Translations under genes and position numbers: made by a program | Shown: positions 1 through 8,773 of the stretch, piece after piece | Layout: every line of letters begins with the position of its first letter | How positions within the stretch are numbered: the first letter of the stretch is position 1 | The notes under the pieces: model-generated | The model's input: the letters and a program-made list of their open reading frames with translations, nothing else | Told to the model about the DNA's origin: nothing | Database searches by the model: none | Virus record (IMG/VR): IMGVR_UViG_3300037506_000159 | Strand: one strand, 5' to 3' | Length of the DNA stretch: 32,199 bases | DNA from: a virus

Positions 1-127
1 ATTTTTGTATCATCAAAATGCAAAAATCTTATAAATGATTTAGAAAGAGTTCAGTACAGGCATGGGACGTGTTATATTGATAAAAGTTTTGATAAAATGT
101 TGACTCATTTGACAGATGCTTTAGGAT
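1..127. repeat. terminal overlap, identical to 32073..32199 (circular closure or assembly overlap)
   Basis: Base-by-base comparison of 1-127 with 32073-32199 shows identity. The overlap lies inside the terL reading frame. Confidence 0.95.
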
Positions 128-186
128 ATATGGTAGATCGTGATTATTCTCTTATAAGAAGTAAAATTGATTCATTAAAGATATAA
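1..186 (+). CDS. terL: terminase large subunit, C-terminal end (continuation of 30984..32199 across the circular junction)
   Basis: Frame 1 is open from base 1 to TAA 184-186. Bases 1-127 duplicate 32073-32199 and base 127 is codon position 1 in both copies, so this is the in-frame tail of the ORF starting at 30984. It contains the acidic motif THLTDALGY typical of the terminase nuclease domain. Confidence 0.85.
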   Translation: MFVSSKCKNLINDLERVQYRHGTCYIDKSFDKMLTHLTDALGYMVDRDYSLIRSKIDSLKI

Positions 187-198
187 AGGGGATATTGT

Positions 199-1662
199 AT
201 GCCAAATAATAAGATTATAGAAGGTCGGCATAAGGTTTATCTTAGATATAATGGTTTCTGGGATTTTCTTTTAGATTCTTATGAGGGTGGCATTGATTAT
301 ACAAGGGCTTTTATGCCTATTAGTCATAACCATTCTGGCGTGGTTAAGATATATGTTAATGGGAAGCAAATGAATGATGAAAGAACTAGGTCGAATCTTT
401 TTATGCATCCTAAAGAAACGAATGAGAGCTATTCTTCTCGTGTTGAAATGAGTTATTATTATAACTTCTGTCAGCCTATTGTTGATATATATACAAACCA
501 CCTTTTTAAGGATCCTGTTGTGGAAGATTTTGGAAGTTTATCAATGATTATTGAGAGGGTTTATAATGACATTGATGGGGCAGGCACTTCTATCCCGGAA
601 CTTAGGAGAGAGATTTGCGATCTTATTCAGATATATGGGCATTGTTTTTGTTTGGTCGAGAACTCTATTGTTAATAATTTAATAAGTTTAGACGCTGCGT
701 TAAAACAAAAATCAATCCCGTTAATAAGGGTTTTACAGCCACAGGATGTTTTAAACTGGGAACTTGATGATTTGGGAAATCCATTATGGGTGTTGATTCG
801 GGTTATTAATGATAACGTATGTTCTTATAGGTTAATTACGAGAGATAGTTATATTGTTTATGATAAGGACGGAGTGATTATTAAAGAAGAGGATAATCAT
901 ACAGGGCAAGTCCCTATTAAATGTTTCTTTGATAAGAAGTCTAAGAAGCACAAGAATTTTTTCGGGATTAGCGCAATAGCTGATATAAGTTTTATTTCTC
1001 GTGATATTTATAATTTGTGTTCATCTCTCAATCAAATTATTCGTGATCAGACTTTTTCTTTCTTGGCTATTCAAGGGGATGTTTCCGATTATCAAGGTGA
1101 TAATTCAATCGGTACGCGGAAAGGGCTTATTTATCCCCTTAACACTAATGTCCCACAATACGTAGCACCGGATAGGGCAAACGCGGATGTTATTATGAGC
1201 CAGATTGATCGACAAGTGCAGAAGATTTATCAAATGGCAAGGATTGATGGAGGATCGGCAGAACAATTGCAGCAAGTTGTTTCTCAGTCGGGCGTATCAA
1301 AAGCTTTTGATTTTCATGAAACAAATTCAGCGTTGGTTAGGAAGTCTAATAATATGGCAGATGCTGAGAATTCGTTGTGGGGTTTATATGCTATGTCTCT
1401 TGGCCGTGTTTTTGATGGGAATATCAATTATTCAAGTAATTTCAGTGTTTCTTCATTAAATGATGATATTGAAGAAGCTGTTAGTTTCGGTAAATTAGCT
1501 ATAGGCAATACGTTTAAGTCTGCTGTTTATGAGAATATTATACGCAAGAAATTCCCAAGGCGTGAAGACAGCGAAATTAAGAAAATGATAAAAGATATGG
1601 AGGAAGAATTATTAAATGATAATTCTGGTAACAACAGTCTATTTAATCGTTTGAGCATATAA
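199..1662 (+). CDS. portal protein (by position and size)
   Basis: 487-aa ORF 12 nt after the terL stop, preceded by AAGGGG, and followed by scaffold and capsid genes. No portal motif was verified by eye. Confidence 0.6.
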   Translation: MPNNKIIEGRHKVYLRYNGFWDFLLDSYEGGIDYTRAFMPISHNHSGVVKIYVNGKQMNDERTRSNLFMHPKETNESYSSRVEMSYYYNFCQPIVDIYTNHLFKDPVVEDFGSLSMIIERVYNDIDGAGTSIPELRREICDLIQIYGHCFCLVENSIVNNLISLDAALKQKSIPLIRVLQPQDVLNWELDDLGNPLWVLIRVINDNVCSYRLITRDSYIVYDKDGVIIKEEDNHTGQVPIKCFFDKKSKKHKNFFGISAIADISFISRDIYNLCSSLNQIIRDQTFSFLAIQGDVSDYQGDNSIGTRKGLIYPLNTNVPQYVAPDRANADVIMSQIDRQVQKIYQMARIDGGSAEQLQQVVSQSGVSKAFDFHETNSALVRKSNNMADAENSLWGLYAMSLGRVFDGNINYSSNFSVSSLNDDIEEAVSFGKLAIGNTFKSAVYENIIRKKFPRREDSEIKKMIKDMEEELLNDNSGNNSLFNRLSI

Positions 1663-1680
1663 AATATGGGGAGGGGCGAT

Positions 1681-2328
1681 ATGCCTGGAGAGAAAAATGA
1701 ACAATCTGAAAATAAGTTTACTCAAGAGCAGCTTAACGATATTATATCTTTTGAGAAGAAGAAGATTTTGGAAAAGTTCGCTGATTATGAAGATCTAAAA
1801 AAAAAGGTTTCTGATTTCTCCAAGATTAAAGAAGATCAGGAGTTAAAAGATCTGGAAGCTAAGAAAGAATATGATAAATTGAAAGATAATTGGTTAAAGG
1901 CAGAGAATCAGTATAAATCATTGTTGTCTGAGAAAGATAATTTGATTAAAGAATATAAGATCAATAGAGTGATTGAAGATTCTGTTTTCAGACAGAACGG
2001 ATATTCTGACGCAGGGAAATTATTAAGAGAATATGTTGTTTATTCAGATAATGATTCTGACATCAAGATTAAGTATAAAAATAAAGACGGAGTTGTTGAG
2101 GAAGTTTCTGTTGATGAAGGCGTTAAGAGATTTCTTTCAGACCGGCCATACCTTGTCAGAGCAAGTTCTTCTGGCAATCGAGGTTCGGGGGCATTTACGC
2201 CTGATGAGAAAGGCGGCGCAAACCAGACAAGTGATTTAGCTAGTCAGCTATATAATGCTCGAAGATCTGGGGATTACAAGAAGATTGAAGAGATCAAGAA
2301 CAGAATAAGAGAAAAACATAAGGTCTAA
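1681..2328 (+). CDS. capsid scaffolding protein (DUF4355-like)
   Basis: Lys/Glu-rich 215-aa protein with coiled-coil character, located between the portal and capsid genes. The N-terminal KFTQEQLNDIISFEKKKILEKF resembles the DUF4355 scaffold signature. ATG 1681 sits 5 nt after GGGGAGGGG, whereas the track start 1666 lies inside that SD. Confidence 0.6.
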   Translation: MPGEKNEQSENKFTQEQLNDIISFEKKKILEKFADYEDLKKKVSDFSKIKEDQELKDLEAKKEYDKLKDNWLKAENQYKSLLSEKDNLIKEYKINRVIEDSVFRQNGYSDAGKLLREYVVYSDNDSDIKIKYKNKDGVVEEVSVDEGVKRFLSDRPYLVRASSSGNRGSGAFTPDEKGGANQTSDLASQLYNARRSGDYKKIEEIKNRIREKHKV

Positions 2329-2346
2329 TTATGGGGGGGGTAAGAA

Positions 2347-3219
2347 ATGGCTAATGAAACAACAATTACTACATTGACTGAAGCTATTCCAGTCATAAAA
2401 GAAGTAGCGATGTTAGAGTTGGATGATGGGGATATAATTGCTCCGCTTGTAAGGAATGTTCAGATTACAGGACCTGGCGTTCAACATGATACCCCGTTTA
2501 TTCAGCGGTTAGTAGCTGAGAGTGATGATAGTTTGGCTAATCAGGCCTTAGATTCTGGGTCTAGCGATGAGACATCTCCTTCAACTGCCACTGTTGGTGT
2601 TCATGGCATTACTGTTTTGTTGAAAGAACTAGCAGTGTTAGCTACTCCGGGGGATTTATATCAAATTGCTGGAGCTCTGATGGGTCAAGCTATAGCAAAG
2701 AGACGCGATCAGGATTTGGCGGCTCTTTTTACGTCAGTGACTGCAATTCAAGGTGGAGCTAACAATGATATTGCTCCTTCTGATTTTTATGCAGCATATA
2801 AGAAACTAAGACAAAATCAGGCACCGTTGCCGTATAGTATGGTTGTTACTCCAGGGCAATTCTGGGGGACGGTTGGGATTGCCGCTTTAACAGAAACAGT
2901 TAATAACAAGATTGTTTCTGGGTTTATAGGCGCTGTCCGTGAAGATATTGCCAGGATGGGGTTCACTGGGCAATTGTTAGGTTTTAATATGTATATTGAT
3001 GATAATATAACAGTTACATCCAATAACGCTTCTGGATGTGCGTTTTCAAGAGACGCGTTTAAATTAGTGAAGATCGCGGGCAGAGACTTCCGGATTGATG
3101 TTGACTTGGCATCATCTGGAACAGAAGTTGGGGATCAGGTTACGGCGACGGATATATGGGGCGAAGCCGTTTTGAGAAATCGCCATGCAGTCGAGATGCA
3201 ATTCAATGAAGACACTTAA
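2347..3219 (+). CDS. major capsid protein (by synteny)
   Basis: 290-aa ORF directly after the scaffold gene. It is preceded by a G8 SD-like tract (2333-2340) and followed by a hairpin plus T-run. Confidence 0.65.
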   Translation: MANETTITTLTEAIPVIKEVAMLELDDGDIIAPLVRNVQITGPGVQHDTPFIQRLVAESDDSLANQALDSGSSDETSPSTATVGVHGITVLLKELAVLATPGDLYQIAGALMGQAIAKRRDQDLAALFTSVTAIQGGANNDIAPSDFYAAYKKLRQNQAPLPYSMVVTPGQFWGTVGIAALTETVNNKIVSGFIGAVREDIARMGFTGQLLGFNMYIDDNITVTSNNASGCAFSRDAFKLVKIAGRDFRIDVDLASSGTEVGDQVTATDIWGEAVLRNRHAVEMQFNEDT

Positions 3220-3249
3220 TAATAGTTAGTTAGGGTTGATTGTGAAGGG

Positions 3250-3299
3250 AGGGGGATTAGATAAGATAGTTTTTTTGGTCTATATTTGATCCCCCTTTT
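3250..3299 (+). terminator. candidate intrinsic terminator after the capsid gene
   Basis: AGGGGGAT (3250-3257) pairs with ATCCCCCT (3289-3296) and is followed by TTTT. The 31-nt loop is longer than in a textbook terminator. Confidence 0.4.
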
Positions 3300-3323
3300 A
3301 ATTGTTAAGGAAGAGGAAGAAAA

Positions 3324-3815
3324 ATGAAAAAAAATTCTGATTTATTAGAGGGCGATAAGTTAAGTAGTGATCAAGAAACAATACGTAAGTTAAGAGAAGA
3401 AATCAATACTTTAAAGAATAAGTTCAATCAAGACCCGGACACTAGGAGGTATTCTTTAGATAATGAATTGGCGAATATTAGACGAGAGATGAATAAATCG
3501 TCTCCAACAAGGATGGTTTATCGAGTTATAGATGATCATAAGAATATATATTTATATACTGGGAGTAATCATCGTGTTGGTCCATTGCACCCCAATAATG
3601 CTATCGAGACAATGTTGCGGTGGGCTAAATCTGGCGTGACTTTATATTCTCGGAAGAGAACAGAAGAAGAAGTTGAAGAGTTTAAAAGAAGCGCTGTTTG
3701 GCAAGAATTTATTGAGGAGAACAAGAGAAGAAGAGATGCTATCAAGAAGAAAGACAACAATGAAGTTGTGGATAAGATTGTTAACATGTTGGCTAAAGTG
3801 AGTCCAGCAACATGA
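3324..3815 (+). CDS. hypothetical protein, charged and coiled-coil rich
   Basis: 163-aa ORF with a GGAAGAGGAAG purine-rich leader, and its stop overlaps the next start (ATGA). No recognisable motif. Confidence 0.55.
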   Translation: MKKNSDLLEGDKLSSDQETIRKLREEINTLKNKFNQDPDTRRYSLDNELANIRREMNKSSPTRMVYRVIDDHKNIYLYTGSNHRVGPLHPNNAIETMLRWAKSGVTLYSRKRTEEEVEEFKRSAVWQEFIEENKRRRDAIKKKDNNEVVDKIVNMLAKVSPAT

Positions 3816-4201
3816 GCATAATTAATGAATGGATAAACTCACAAAAGTCTATTACCCCATATTTTAAAATCAGGTGCCCTAGAAATAAGATTGTAAAACC
3901 GGGATTATATCCATATAAGATTAAAGAGAACAAATTCCTAAGAAATTTTACTCAGGCAAATATAGATTATATAAACAGGGTTTTTGGCACTAAGCTTGTA
4001 AAATACCAGTACGAAAGAGATCAATGGGGTAGAAAGATTAAAGATGAACGAAGTTTCTATTCCCCGCTTGTTTCTCCAGCATATTTATTAGAACATGTTT
4101 ATGATCCGGATAATTACGTTTGTAAAGCTGTTTGCCGCCATCAGTGTGTACATAAGATCGGCGGGTTTAATAATATAGGCATTATCAAGAGGTTAAAATA
4201 A
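3812..4201 (+). CDS. hypothetical protein
   Basis: 129-aa ORF translationally coupled to both neighbours. Basic, with several Cys near the C-terminus. No recognisable family. Confidence 0.5.
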   Translation: MSIINEWINSQKSITPYFKIRCPRNKIVKPGLYPYKIKENKFLRNFTQANIDYINRVFGTKLVKYQYERDQWGRKIKDERSFYSPLVSPAYLLEHVYDPDNYVCKAVCRHQCVHKIGGFNNIGIIKRLK

Positions 4202-4202
4202 A

Positions 4203-4508
4203 ATGCCTTTAAATGTTAATATTGTTAAATCCAATAAGTCAAGAATGGTGGTTAATACAAAGATTCGAGGTGTTGATTTGGATACAACAAGATTAATATA
4301 TCATGAGACGCCGACTCCGCCCCCCAATGGCGTTCAAACTGTATTTACAGTAGTGAATGCTTATGTATCTGGGACCCTTCAGGTTTTTCTTGATGGGTTA
4401 CAGCAGATAAAAGTAACTGATTATTCAGAGACAACATCGACTACATTTACAATGGTTGATGCGCCTGCAAGTGATGAGGTTTTAATGGTTAGCTATGTTA
4501 AACAATAA
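4203..4508 (+). CDS. small beta-sandwich-like virion protein
   Basis: 101 aa. The pattern NGVQTVFTV...VSGTLQVFLDGLQQ...DYS...TFTMVDAP...VLMVSY resembles the short N-terminal domains seen on phage fibre and decoration proteins. Confidence 0.45.
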   Translation: MPLNVNIVKSNKSRMVVNTKIRGVDLDTTRLIYHETPTPPPNGVQTVFTVVNAYVSGTLQVFLDGLQQIKVTDYSETTSTTFTMVDAPASDEVLMVSYVKQ

Positions 4509-6303
4509 ATTATTTCTAGCTGTTTTTATCCTTGTTGTTAGCGGGAATATTTGTTTTGCCGCTGATCCAAAGGCTTCTCAAATTAGGGCTAGTACGGCTA
4601 ATTTTAATAATAATTTATCTTCGTCTGATGACAGCGTTCAAGAAGCTCTTGATACTATTGACAATCTTCCAATTAGTTCATCGGGGGATTCTATATCGGT
4701 TAATGGGACGGGGGTTAATGATGTTAATGGTGTAAATTTTCTGGACGGTGATATTGATTGGACTTTTTCTAGTGGAGCGAGTCCGGATACTTTAACCGCT
4801 TCTGTTGTTTGCAGTGGGTGCATCCAGAGCGGCGATATACAGGACGATAATGTAGGATTTGTAGATGTTGTACATACTCTTGACGTTGCGACTAATCCGA
4901 GTTTATCTGCTAGCCAGTGTTTTTGGGGGGCAAGTGGCATTGTTTGTGAAGCTGGGACAGCGAATTCAGTTGAAATGCATCTTGAAATTTCTGAGGTTGT
5001 CGGAACAGACAAGATTATAACTTTCCCGGATGAGACAGGGACTGTATGTACAACAGGGAGCATCTGTAATGGCTATCAAGCTGGTCCCTTATCTGGTGAC
5101 GTTGTTACATCTTCTGGCACTGCCACTATTCAGGCAGATTCAGTAGCTTTGAGTACTGATACAACTGGTAATTATGTTCAATCAATAACAACGAGTTCAC
5201 CTTTAACCGGTGGGGATGGCGGTAGTGAAGGGGCAGGATTGACGCTTTCTGTTATCAGCAATTCAATAACAGGGGAGCATATTGATGAAACGCAGGATTA
5301 TTCTTTTCAAACTCTTTCCGGGAAAATAGATAGGAACAATACGGCGATTGATGATGACAATTGTACAGGGGAGCAGGGGGTTTATTGGTATGATACGACT
5401 GATTCGGCTTTTGAATTTTGCAACGCAAGTTCTGGTCCCCCCACTACTATTGGCGGAGGGTCCGGGGACGTTACAGATGTTGGGCCTGGGTGTTCTTCTG
5501 GTGCTTGTTATTCAGACGGTACAGTAACAACAGGGCCAACAATACTTGTTTGGGAAGGTACTTCATCTGATTCAAATGAATTTCGTATTGGTGGCCCCTC
5601 TAATCCAAGCGTTGATCAGACTGTTCTTTTCCCGGATGATCAGATAGTTGATGATGATGTTATGTTGGCTAATGGGTCAGGGACGGTTCAGTATGTAAAT
5701 ATCCCGAATTGTACGGATAGCTCTGGGAATCATTTAAATTATACATCTTCTTCTAATAGCTTTTCATGCGGAACATCTTCTAGTGTTACTGATACAAATG
5801 CGGATAGACGTATTTGTTGGAGCGCTTCGGATACTCTCCCTCTGGAAGCTTCCGAATCTATTGCTACATTGAGTAAAAAGACTGGAACAAATATTGATAT
5901 TATTGTTGCGCAGTTTGATGATTCAACAGATGAGTGCCGAAGTGTTCAGATATCTGTTCCTTCGGATATTCAGACCGGGGCAACAATTACGTTTAGAACA
6001 TATTGGTTTGCAGAGACAGCCGCGGCGAATAATGTTATATGGGATTTTAGACATACTGGAACAGGAACAGAAGGAGAAAGCTGGGATCAAAGTTTAACGA
6101 CGGAGACTGCGGCCGCAGATGCCGCATCAAGCACAACTAATCAGATGACAGTTACTTCTTGGACAGAGACATTGACAAATTTAGGCTGGGCGGCAACAGA
6201 TGTAATAACTGGGGTATTGTGTCGAGATGCTAACAACGGGTCAGATACATTGACAGGGGACGCTAATTTAATAATGTTTTGTATGGATATCCCAAGACAA
6301 TGA
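4495..6303 (+). CDS. Ser/Thr/Gly-rich fibre-like or receptor-binding-like protein with N-terminal signal-peptide-like segment
   Basis: 602 aa. The N-terminus is MLNNKLFLAVFILVVSGNICFA/ADP. It carries a fibre-type motif SVQEALDTIDN and a long S/T/G-rich low-complexity body. Confidence 0.55.
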   Translation: MLNNKLFLAVFILVVSGNICFAADPKASQIRASTANFNNNLSSSDDSVQEALDTIDNLPISSSGDSISVNGTGVNDVNGVNFLDGDIDWTFSSGASPDTLTASVVCSGCIQSGDIQDDNVGFVDVVHTLDVATNPSLSASQCFWGASGIVCEAGTANSVEMHLEISEVVGTDKIITFPDETGTVCTTGSICNGYQAGPLSGDVVTSSGTATIQADSVALSTDTTGNYVQSITTSSPLTGGDGGSEGAGLTLSVISNSITGEHIDETQDYSFQTLSGKIDRNNTAIDDDNCTGEQGVYWYDTTDSAFEFCNASSGPPTTIGGGSGDVTDVGPGCSSGACYSDGTVTTGPTILVWEGTSSDSNEFRIGGPSNPSVDQTVLFPDDQIVDDDVMLANGSGTVQYVNIPNCTDSSGNHLNYTSSSNSFSCGTSSSVTDTNADRRICWSASDTLPLEASESIATLSKKTGTNIDIIVAQFDDSTDECRSVQISVPSDIQTGATITFRTYWFAETAAANNVIWDFRHTGTGTEGESWDQSLTTETAAADAASSTTNQMTVTSWTETLTNLGWAATDVITGVLCRDANNGSDTLTGDANLIMFCMDIPRQ

Positions 6304-6998
6304 AAAGAAGTTTGTTTGTCTTATTTCTATTGTTTATTTGTTCTTTCGGCTATTGTGCGTCTAGTCTTGATTTTAATGGAACAACATCGTTGGTTGATAC
6401 GAGTTACACTTCAACTCCGACCATATGGTCAGTTATGGTTTGGGCTCGGGCGGAAGGTAATGGCGAAGGGAATTTAGGAAGGTATTACGATAAAAACTTA
6501 GCTAGTAATCTGCGAAGATCAAATTCAGGTACTGTCTTTAATGTTGCGTATTCAACGACAAACGGGGCTTGGACAATAGCTAACCCGGCTTTGAATGAGT
6601 GGCATCATGTTGCGGCGACGTACGATTCAACATCGAATTCAAATGATCCGGTTCTTTATGTTGATGGCGTCTCTCAATCATTTACAGGCGATACAAACCC
6701 TGTTGGAACGTTAACGTCAAACACGCAGAGTTGGACTATTGGGAATAGGAATTCAGCTACGGTCACGTGGGATGGGCAGTTAGCGTTTTTCCGTGCGTAT
6801 GATCGTATCTTGACTGTGCAGGAAATTAATCAAGAGATGAGATGCCCTGGATCCATTGTTGAAGGACTGATCATATCAACAGATTTATTGTCTACATCAG
6901 ATAAAGATTCTTCTGGCGATAATGTGACGTTAACTTATACGTCAGTCAGCGATAGTTCTTTTGGACCGCCAGTTTCATTTTGTGGAGGGAGTAAATGA
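6300..6998 (+). CDS. secreted LamG (concanavalin A-like lectin) domain protein
   Basis: ATG 6300 overlaps the upstream stop (ATGA). Signal peptide MKRSLFVLFLLFICSFGYCA/SS. Laminin_G_3-type motifs are present: WHHVAATYD, PVLYVDGV, WTIGNR and GQLAFFRAYDRILTVQEI. Confidence 0.7.
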   Translation: MKRSLFVLFLLFICSFGYCASSLDFNGTTSLVDTSYTSTPTIWSVMVWARAEGNGEGNLGRYYDKNLASNLRRSNSGTVFNVAYSTTNGAWTIANPALNEWHHVAATYDSTSNSNDPVLYVDGVSQSFTGDTNPVGTLTSNTQSWTIGNRNSATVTWDGQLAFFRAYDRILTVQEINQEMRCPGSIVEGLIISTDLLSTSDKDSSGDNVTLTYTSVSDSSFGPPVSFCGGSK

Positions 6999-7492
6999 GA
7001 GCAAAAACTTTATTTTTTATTTCTTTTTTTCTTGGAGTACATGTATCTGCCCATAGCGCGGATATTTTTAACTATGAAAGTGTTACGGGAAATGGGATCA
7101 GTTATCTTGAAAGCCAGGATATTAATAAAGAGACTTGTGTTAATTGTGTTGTTGTGACGGATCAATGTGGGATTATCCCATTAGAATTCAAGTGTTATGA
7201 ACAAAAAGATGTTGAAGCTTTTGCTAAGACTCTTTTATCAATAGGGGCAATATACCATAAATGGGACGACAAGGGCGGGAATATTGTAGAGATGACGCAG
7301 CTAGAAAAGGATGCTGTTGATGTCATTAAAGAAGAGGAGGAGAAGCAGGAGGACATTGCCCGGATTGATGATGGATTGATTGATACGGAAGAACTTCGTC
7401 AGGCGCTAATTAATTTAGGGATTGTAACAGAGAGTGATTTAAACGACCAGATTAAGACAGATAATGGGTTAATCATCATTGACATTCCGTGA
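6995..7492 (+). CDS. secreted protein, unknown function
   Basis: 165 aa with signal peptide MRAKTLFFISFFLGVHVSAHSA/D, followed by a Cys-containing region and an acidic C-terminal half. The start overlaps the upstream stop. Confidence 0.5.
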   Translation: MRAKTLFFISFFLGVHVSAHSADIFNYESVTGNGISYLESQDINKETCVNCVVVTDQCGIIPLEFKCYEQKDVEAFAKTLLSIGAIYHKWDDKGGNIVEMTQLEKDAVDVIKEEEEKQEDIARIDDGLIDTEELRQALINLGIVTESDLNDQIKTDNGLIIIDIP

Positions 7493-7503
7493 GAGGAGAT
7501 TGT

Positions 7504-7806
7504 GTGGATTCACCTTTTCTTGATACGCAAGATTATTATCGAAGGATTGATCAGATTGAAGCAGATGTTAATCTTGTTAAAGAGAGGCTTATAAAGATTG
7601 AGTGTAGTATTGATCATATCAAGAATTCTTTAGATAATGGGCTAAAGAAGACGTTAGACAATGTGTATCAACAACTAAATGTTATTATCCCTAAGGTGGA
7701 TGATAATAGTAAATGGGTTAGTATATTCCAGAAAGCAATGATGACGGTTGCTGTAACTGGGGTTATTTGCGGGATCGTTGCGATTACGTATAATTTTATG
7801 AAATGA
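7504..7806 (+). CDS. coiled-coil protein with C-terminal transmembrane anchor
   Basis: GTG 7504 lies 5 nt after GAGAGGAG (track start GTG 7489). The C-terminus AMMTVAVTGVICGIVAITYNFMK is a single TM helix. Confidence 0.45.
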   Translation: MDSPFLDTQDYYRRIDQIEADVNLVKERLIKIECSIDHIKNSLDNGLKKTLDNVYQQLNVIIPKVDDNSKWVSIFQKAMMTVAVTGVICGIVAITYNFMK

Positions 7807-7947
7807 GCGCTGAAGACAAAATAGCTAATGACTTAAGGAACCTTAAATCTGCGCTTATCCTTTTAGACGATAGATGGATTATTTTTTACAAGATAATTGC
7901 GTGTTATTCGCTTTTAAGGCAGATGGGTGATCGTGGAGGATGATGAT

Positions 7948-8406
7948 ATGAATATATTCTCTTTGATTAGTTTATGGGAGGTTATCGTTTTAACTATTTT
8001 ATCTGGGTTGGGCGGGTTATTATATCGATTGGGCGGGATAGGTGACCCATTTAATACGAAGTATAGAGATTTTGGCGTTCCTATTATTGGGATGGTTTAT
8101 ATGTTTATGTTTAACGAGATTAATTGGACGATTATTCTTTCTGGAGTTTTATGTTTTGCCGCGCAGACAACGTATTTTAAAGGCGAAGCTGAAGATGTTC
8201 TTTGGTATCATTGGTTTTTTGTTGGGTTGGCTTTTAGTTTGTGCTGGTTGCCGTATATTTTTTTCAATATGAACTGGATTGGGTTCTATAGCAGGGCATT
8301 AATAGTAACATCTTTAATTCCGTTGTGGTCATTATTTATCGATGATGACACGCTTGAAGAATTTGGTAGGGGTGTTATTCAAATTATTACCTTAATCTTG
8401 ATCTAA
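7948..8406 (+). CDS. polytopic inner-membrane protein (4-5 TM)
   Basis: ATG 7948 lies 8 nt after GGAGG (track start GTG 7927). The translation is dominated by hydrophobic helices (LISLWEVIVLTILSGLGGLL, VPIIGMVYMFMF, WTIILSGVLCFAA, WFFVGLAFSLCWLPYIFF, ALIVTSLIPLWSLF). Confidence 0.55.
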   Translation: MNIFSLISLWEVIVLTILSGLGGLLYRLGGIGDPFNTKYRDFGVPIIGMVYMFMFNEINWTIILSGVLCFAAQTTYFKGEAEDVLWYHWFFVGLAFSLCWLPYIFFNMNWIGFYSRALIVTSLIPLWSLFIDDDTLEEFGRGVIQIITLILI

Positions 8407-8420
8407 AAAGAGGGTGGGTT

Positions 8421-8591
8421 ATGAAAATGGATGGGTGGAAAACATATACGATTGCTGCATTAGGCGTTATAGTTAACGGGTTGGTGGTAAGCGGGTATAT
8501 TGACGAGAATTCTATAGAGACTATAAACTATATTCTAGGCTTTCTTGGTGTGGCAACTCTTCGATCTGCAGTTAAAAAAGTTGAGAAATGA
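8421..8591 (+). CDS. holin-like small membrane protein (2 TM)
   Basis: 56-aa ORF below the track cut-off, preceded by GAGGGTGGG. The translation is MKMDGWKTYTIAALGVIVNGLVVSGYIDENSIETINYILGFLGVATLRSAVKKVEK, with two hydrophobic helices and a basic C-terminus. Its stop overlaps the next start (ATGA at 8588). Confidence 0.45.
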   Translation: MKMDGWKTYTIAALGVIVNGLVVSGYIDENSIETINYILGFLGVATLRSAVKKVEK

Positions 8592-8773
8592 ACATCTTTC
8601 TTAAAATTATTGAGTTGCTCTTATTGTTCTTTAACAGTAAGATTACAAAAGCAAACGTGGAAACGAGCAATAAAAAAGAGGTGGCCGATGCCATATCCGA
8701 AGCAATTAAAAATAGGGATGTTGGGCGGGTTACTGTTATTATTGACAAGTTGCGCAACACAAAGAAACAATGA
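8588..8773 (+). CDS. candidate i-spanin-like protein (N-terminal hydrophobic helix)
   Basis: 61 aa with N-terminus IFLKIIELLLLFF followed by a charged helix. The lipoprotein gene is embedded or overlapping in another frame, as in Rz/Rz1 pairs. It is short for an i-spanin. Confidence 0.35.
   Translation: MNIFLKIIELLLLFFNSKITKANVETSNKKEVADAISEAIKNRDVGRVTVIIDKLRNTKKQ

Noticed and set aside
1797-1805. A9 tract inside the scaffold gene considered as a second frameshift site.
   Set aside because: The -1 frame closes after about 14 codons (…RFLISPRLKKIRS*) and the zero frame continues as a normal coiled-coil protein. The tract simply encodes KKK.
4638-5063. The minus-strand ORFs as a group (for example 4638..5063, 11256..11714, 15483..15815, 25238..25588, 30844..31116).
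   Set aside because: Each lies wholly inside a longer + strand ORF that has recognisable motifs or synteny. None has an SD, and their translations are low-complexity or Ser/Leu/Pro-rich, as expected for antisense frames.
4495-6303. A diversity-generating retroelement targeting the fibre-like gene.
   Set aside because: There is no reverse transcriptase ORF in the genome, and I saw no template/variable repeat pair near the 3' end of the gene.
7804-7941. A 45-aa ORF (MSAEDKIANDLRNLKSALILLDDRWIIFYKIIACYSLLRQMGDRGG) in the gap 7806-7927.
   Set aside because: It is plausible by position, since its ATGA overlaps the upstream stop. However, it is too short and featureless to support as a gene from sequence alone.
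8610-8687. The upstream part of ORF-track gene 8610..8885 (start at 8610).
   Set aside because: The first 26 codons (MSCSYCSLTVRLQKQTWKRAIKKRWP) have no SD. They would bury the lipoprotein signal peptide in the interior of the protein. ATG 8688, preceded by AAGAGG, gives a canonical n-h-lipobox signal.
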